This document shows positions 59,732-64,000 of a stretch of DNA of 64,000 nucleotides, one piece after another (position 1 is the first letter of the stretch; every line of letters begins with the position of its first letter). A model generated the notes under the pieces. It had not been told where the DNA came from. It saw nothing but the letters and a program-made list of their open reading frames with translations, and did no database searches. The DNA comes from Sphaerochaeta sp. (GTDB lineage: Bacteria > Spirochaetota > Spirochaetia > Sphaerochaetales > Sphaerochaetaceae). The stretch spans positions 42,516-106,515 of the forward strand of contig JBAZCM010000001.1 of NCBI GenBank assembly GCA_041654935.1. The letters run 5' to 3'. Position numbers and translations under genes: made by a program.

Positions 59732-60558
59732 TACAGGAATTTCTTGTGGCATCGAACATATCTGATGCGTTGTCGCTGAGGCGCAATACCCCAAAAAGCA
59801 GGTGGTTTGCCGGCGGTACTGAAATAAATCGATTGAATTCAGGTTTGGATGCGAAGGCAGTGGTGAGTCTCTCAAAGCTTGGTCTGGACACTATCATCGA
59901 TGAAGGACCGACGATTCGTATCGGTGCGATGGTAAGCTTGCAACAGTTGATTGATAGTCCTCTCATCCCTGCATGGCTCAAACAAGCTGCAGCCTACTGT
60001 GGGTCGTACACACGGCGCCATATGGCAACGATAGGCGGCAACCTCGCTCTGATGAGCGACCACTCCTATCTCGCCCCGGCCCTTTTGGCCAGTCGCTGTA
60101 CCCTCAAGACCGCCAATCTCACCGAAGGTGGGGCCTATAGTGAGGATGAGATTCCAGTGCGTGAATACCACGCCTACATCAAGGAGCATGCCAACACCCT
60201 GATCCTCTCTATCGCTCTTCCCAAAGATAAGCGGTACGTTGGCTCACGTCGCTTTGCCTTGAGTGTGCAGAACCGCAGTGCGGTCAATGTAGCCTTTGGC
60301 GCAATGATGGGTGAGGGGCTGGTCATCAGCCACGTCCGCCTCTTTGCTGCGGTGCATGGCAGTGGCCTACAACGCCTCAACGATGTAGAGAACGCCATTG
60401 AAGCGGGAGAACTCTCAACCCGTGAGGATGTACAGCTTGCTGTCAGCCAAGCCCTCGAAGCGACCGATGATTTCATCGGTAGCGCACAGTACAAGCGCTA
60501 TATCGCCGCCGAAGGGATTGGACAGCTCTTCAGCGAATTTCTCAAAGGAGGCGTATGA
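59728..60558 (+). CDS. ygfM: Molybdopterin oxidoreductase FAD-binding subunit, YgfM-like
   Basis: FAGGT, IGAMVSLQQL, ATIGGN, SAQYKRY; coupled to xdhD. Confidence 0.8.
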   Translation: MIQEFLVASNISDALSLRRNTPKSRWFAGGTEINRLNSGLDAKAVVSLSKLGLDTIIDEGPTIRIGAMVSLQQLIDSPLIPAWLKQAAAYCGSYTRRHMATIGGNLALMSDHSYLAPALLASRCTLKTANLTEGGAYSEDEIPVREYHAYIKEHANTLILSIALPKDKRYVGSRRFALSVQNRSAVNVAFGAMMGEGLVISHVRLFAAVHGSGLQRLNDVENAIEAGELSTREDVQLAVSQALEATDDFIGSAQYKRYIAAEGIGQLFSEFLKGGV

Positions 60559-63440
60559 TGAGCACTATTAAATTTACCGTTAACAATAAAAGCCATACCG
60601 TCGAAGTACTTGATGGACGCACCCTTCGCTCAGTACTCGTTGAGCTGGGCTACCGCAGTGTACGTGACAGTGACGATGGGGAAGGCTTTGTCGGTAGCGA
60701 CACCGTCCTGGTGAACGACATTCCTGTCTACTCCAACCTGATGCTCGCTGTCCAAGCCGATGGTAGTATGATCCGCACAGCTGAGGGCTTAGGTACCAGT
60801 CGTAACCTAAACCCAATCCAGCAAGCGATGGTCCATGCAGGGGTGGTGCAAAGCGCGTATAATGCACCGGCAACTGCACTTCTGCTCACTTGGCTATTGG
60901 AGCGTCATCCTAAACCCACTCGGGAGCAAATCGATGAAGTCCTCAGTGGTCTCTTCATTCGCGATAGCGGCTACGAACAGTACTATACTGCTGTCCAGTT
61001 GGCCAGTGAATGGATTGCAAGCGGTAAGTGGGAGAGTGAGATTGCCCCATCGTTCCGCGATCATCTGACCTATATCGGCAAGGCCAAGGGTAAAGTAGAT
61101 GGTCCGCAGCTGGTGGCCGGAGAGAGCGCCTTTGTAGAGGATCGGGTACAACCTGGATACTACTCGATGGTAATTTTGCGCAGTCCTCATGCCCATGCCT
61201 ACATCAAGAGCATTGATATCACAGAAGCACTGCAGGTCGAGGGGGTGGAGACAATCATCACTCACGAGAACTGTCCTGATGTCTACTACATGCAGGCAGG
61301 GCAATCCAACCCTGAGCCCAGTCCCCATGACCGAAAATTACTCAACCAAAAGGTTCGCCACGTTGGGGACCGGGTAGCGGCAATAGTTGCCGAGACCGAA
61401 GAGCAGGCAATTGAGGCCCGGGACAAGATCAAGGTCGAGTATGAAGTGCTCGATGCGGTCTACACGGTTGAAGAGGCGATGGCCGAGGGAGCTCCGTTGG
61501 TACACAACGGGGTGGTAGAGTATCGGAGCGGTGCCCCATCTGATCTGGATGAGTACAACAAGGCAGCTGACCCCCGTGATGGAAAGGTCGTCTACATGTT
61601 CCCCTTGCACGGAGATATTCGAAAGAACGTTGCCAGTGCAGCCTATGGGAAGATCGGGGATGTGGATACAGGTTTTGCAGAAGCCGATGCAATCATCGAG
61701 CGCACCTACCAGACAACGCAGATTCAGTGTACTCCACTGGAGCCGCACATCTGTTACGCAAAGATTGATGGTGGAAGGCTGGTCCTTCACGCTTCAACAC
61801 AGGTGCCCTTTCACGTCAGACGAATCGTCGGTTGGGTCTGTCAGATTCCTGAGAACAAGATTCGGGTTATCAAAGAGCGCGTCGGTGGTGGTTATGGCTC
61901 CAAACAAGACGTGTTGGTTGAGGACCTGGTTGGCTATGCCACCTGGATTACCGGCAAGCCGGTCTTCTACCGCAATACCCGAGAGGAGGAGTTTGTTGCC
62001 AACTCAACACGTCATCCGATGCGGGTGACCGTGAAAATGGGTGCAAAGAAGGATGGAACGATCACAGCAGTTTATATGGACGTTCGAGCCAATACTGGCC
62101 CTTACGGGAATCACTGCCTCACCGTTCCGATGAACGCCTGTTCCAAGACACTGCCGCTTCTGGCAGTGGACAACATGAAGTTCCAGGTGATTACCTACTA
62201 CAGCAACATCGCCCCGACCGGAGCCTACCAAGGCTATGGTGCTCCCAAGGGTAGTTACGCCCTGATGACCTGTATGGCCGAATTGGCCAAGGAGATTGGG
62301 GTCGACTACTTCGATATGGCGATGAAGAACAAGGTCGAGAGCGGTTACATGCTCGAGATCCTTCGTGGCCTTGGAGAGGGACGAGAAGGAAATGTTGTGC
62401 CCGTTGGTTCTTGTGGCTTAGAGGAGTCGCTGGTCCGCGGAGCTGAGATGATTGAGTGGGGCAAACGCGTTGAAGGTCTGGGACCGGAGTGGAAGGTCGG
62501 TAAAGGCTTTGCCATGATCCAGCAGGGCAGTGGACTGCCTGGGCTCGACCACGGTAACGCGTGGGCAAAACTGCTTACCGACGGTACCTTCCAGATCTTC
62601 AGCGGAGGGGCTGATATCGGCACCGGCCTTGATACTGTCACCGCAAAGATGATCAGTGAGGCGATGTGTGTGCCTCTTGATCGGGTGACGGTCACCAGCG
62701 GAGACACCGACAGCTGTACCTTCGACACCGGAGCCTTTGCTTCCAGTGGGACGTACTTTGCAGGAGGTGCCTCCTACAAGGCAGCTCAGGACCTGCGTAA
62801 GAACCTTCTTGCTGAGGCGGCGCTACAGATGGATGAGGACGTTGATGATTTGAGTCTTCGTGAGCCTGGTGAGGTCTACTCGACCAAGACCGGTGCGACG
62901 CTCAGTTACGCTGACCTTTCGCATACAGCCCTTTCTGGTACTGGGCGTGGTCAGGTAATGGGGACCGGATCATTCACCACGCTTCACAACTCAATCCCGT
63001 ATGGCGCTCACTTTGCCCAAGTTGCGGTCAATACCCGCACCGGGGAGCTCAAGGTACAAAAGTTCTATGCGCTGCAGGATGCGGGAACTCCAATCAACCC
63101 AGAGCTTGCCTTGGGCCAGCTCTACGGTGCTGCATTGAAGTCAATTGGCCACACCCTCTACGAGAATATGATCCTCGATGAGAAGGGGCGATGTGTCAAC
63201 GCTAATTTCACTGCATATGGTGTGCCGATGATCACTGAGAAGCCTGAGGATTTCAAGGCAATCTTGATTGATGTGAACGATGAGGTGGGACCGTACGGAG
63301 CGAAATCCATCAGTGAGATCGCCACCAACGGTGCTGCTCCTGCCATTGCAACGGCAATTGCCGATGCAGTGGGGGTTTGGATGTACTCCTGGCCCTTCAC
63401 CCCAGAGAAAATCCTCAAGGAGCTGGGTAAGATTCAATAG
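60555..63440 (+). CDS. xdhD: XdhD-like molybdopterin oxidoreductase (degenerate Fe-S domain fused to Mo-binding domain)
   Basis: SVRDSDDGEGFVGSD, LRSPHAHA, STQVP, VGGGYGSKQ, YQGYGAPKG, FASSGT, GAKSISE. Confidence 0.92.
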   Translation: MMSTIKFTVNNKSHTVEVLDGRTLRSVLVELGYRSVRDSDDGEGFVGSDTVLVNDIPVYSNLMLAVQADGSMIRTAEGLGTSRNLNPIQQAMVHAGVVQSAYNAPATALLLTWLLERHPKPTREQIDEVLSGLFIRDSGYEQYYTAVQLASEWIASGKWESEIAPSFRDHLTYIGKAKGKVDGPQLVAGESAFVEDRVQPGYYSMVILRSPHAHAYIKSIDITEALQVEGVETIITHENCPDVYYMQAGQSNPEPSPHDRKLLNQKVRHVGDRVAAIVAETEEQAIEARDKIKVEYEVLDAVYTVEEAMAEGAPLVHNGVVEYRSGAPSDLDEYNKAADPRDGKVVYMFPLHGDIRKNVASAAYGKIGDVDTGFAEADAIIERTYQTTQIQCTPLEPHICYAKIDGGRLVLHASTQVPFHVRRIVGWVCQIPENKIRVIKERVGGGYGSKQDVLVEDLVGYATWITGKPVFYRNTREEEFVANSTRHPMRVTVKMGAKKDGTITAVYMDVRANTGPYGNHCLTVPMNACSKTLPLLAVDNMKFQVITYYSNIAPTGAYQGYGAPKGSYALMTCMAELAKEIGVDYFDMAMKNKVESGYMLEILRGLGEGREGNVVPVGSCGLEESLVRGAEMIEWGKRVEGLGPEWKVGKGFAMIQQGSGLPGLDHGNAWAKLLTDGTFQIFSGGADIGTGLDTVTAKMISEAMCVPLDRVTVTSGDTDSCTFDTGAFASSGTYFAGGASYKAAQDLRKNLLAEAALQMDEDVDDLSLREPGEVYSTKTGATLSYADLSHTALSGTGRGQVMGTGSFTTLHNSIPYGAHFAQVAVNTRTGELKVQKFYALQDAGTPINPELALGQLYGAALKSIGHTLYENMILDEKGRCVNANFTAYGVPMITEKPEDFKAILIDVNDEVGPYGAKSISEIATNGAAPAIATAIADAVGVWMYSWPFTPEKILKELGKIQ

Positions 63441-63445
63441 CGCGT

Positions 63446-63518
63446 TTTGCAACAAAGTGCAACAAATTTCTGGACAATGGCATTGCCCTATGGTAAGATG
63501 CCATTGTCTAGAATTTTT
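63446..63518 (+). promoter_or_regulatory. Operator, promoter and terminator superimposed between xdhD and ygeW
   Basis: TGCAACAA-AG-TGCAACAA at 63448-63465; TGGACA-N17-TAAGAT; long hairpin TTCTGGACAATGGCAT/ATGCCATTGTCTAGAA followed by T run. Confidence 0.65.
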
Positions 63519-63547
63519 TATATCAAAACAGAATGGAGGTTCTCTGT

Positions 63548-64000
63548 ATGAAGGACAAAGCTGCGATCAAAGGGATGATTGAAGAGCTCAAGACCCTTAA
63601 GACTGACGACATGTATCTGAATGATTTCTTTCTCACTTGGGATGAGAGTGATGATGGAATTGCCGCGGTTTTTCAGGTAGCTGAAATCCTTCGGGCAATG
63701 CGGGAGAACAACATCTCTGCCAAGGTCTTTGACAGTGGGCTGGGAATCTCCATCTTCCGCGACAACTCGACCCGAACTCGTTTCAGCTTCGTTAGCGCCT
63801 GTAACATGCTCGGTCTTGAAGTCCAGGATCTCGAAGAAGAGAAGAGTCAGATCGCCCATGGTGAAACGGTTCGTGAGACTGCCAATATGGTCAGCTTCAT
63901 GGCAGACGTCATCGGCATTCGCGATGACATGTATATCGGCAAAGGGCACACCTACATGAAGGAAGTCGCCGATGCTGTGCAGACCGGCTACGATGACGGA
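63548..64000 (+). CDS. ygeW: YgeW knotted carbamoyltransferase (5' part; runs off window)
   Basis: Manual translation MKDKAAIKG..NDFFLTWD..FDSGLGISIFRDNSTRTRFSF..SQIAHGETVRETANMVSFMADVIGIRDD; GGAGG RBS. Confidence 0.93.
   Translation, partial: MKDKAAIKGMIEELKTLKTDDMYLNDFFLTWDESDDGIAAVFQVAEILRAMRENNISAKVFDSGLGISIFRDNSTRTRFSFVSACNMLGLEVQDLEEEKSQIAHGETVRETANMVSFMADVIGIRDDMYIGKGHTYMKEVADAVQTGYDDG

Noticed and set aside
60555-61000. Missing [2Fe-2S] cysteines in the XdhD N-terminal domain as a sign of decay or novelty
   Set aside because: From recall, E. coli XdhD has the same Cys-less SVRxSDDGxGFxGSD segment, so this looks like a family trait.
52294-63440. Selenocysteine read-through or programmed frameshift in the selenium-linked cluster
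   Set aside because: All ORFs appear full length with no in-frame TGA or split genes.

Overview
Gene-dense chromosomal window from an anaerobic bacterium. The gene set and order suggest a Sphaerochaeta-like spirochaete (inference, not a database result). Housekeeping genes include galE, a phosphomannomutase, glnS, htrA-uvrB, a thiamine ABC transporter with a TPP riboswitch, nnr, glgA/glgC, tsaE-tsaB-trxB, infC-rpmI-rplT, a ZapB-like gene followed by 6S RNA, fba, tatD, osmoprotectant ABC and TAXI-TRAP transporters, and tRNA-Leu(TAA). The right end holds an anaerobic purine-degradation cluster (ygfK, ssnA, ygeY, purine deaminase, ygfM, xdhD, ygeW) with a divergent threonine-synthase-like gene. 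No CRISPR array, transposase, integrase or phage gene was seen. Best leads: (1) a ~250-nt, highly structured leader with two possible kissing loops and an anti-Shine-Dalgarno switch before the purine deaminase/xdhD genes, a candidate new riboswitch; (2) tandem cation:proton antiporter paralogues with duplicated LysR-type promoters, one having the ion-binding DD motif changed to NN; (3) an operon of two caspase-like lipoproteins and a secreted beta-barrel-like protein; (4) an RlmK-like methyltransferase with a hierarchical 21-unit Arg/Asp/aromatic repeat tail; (5) a shared direct-repeat operator at the ygfK and ygeW promoters. All folds and alignments were done by eye.
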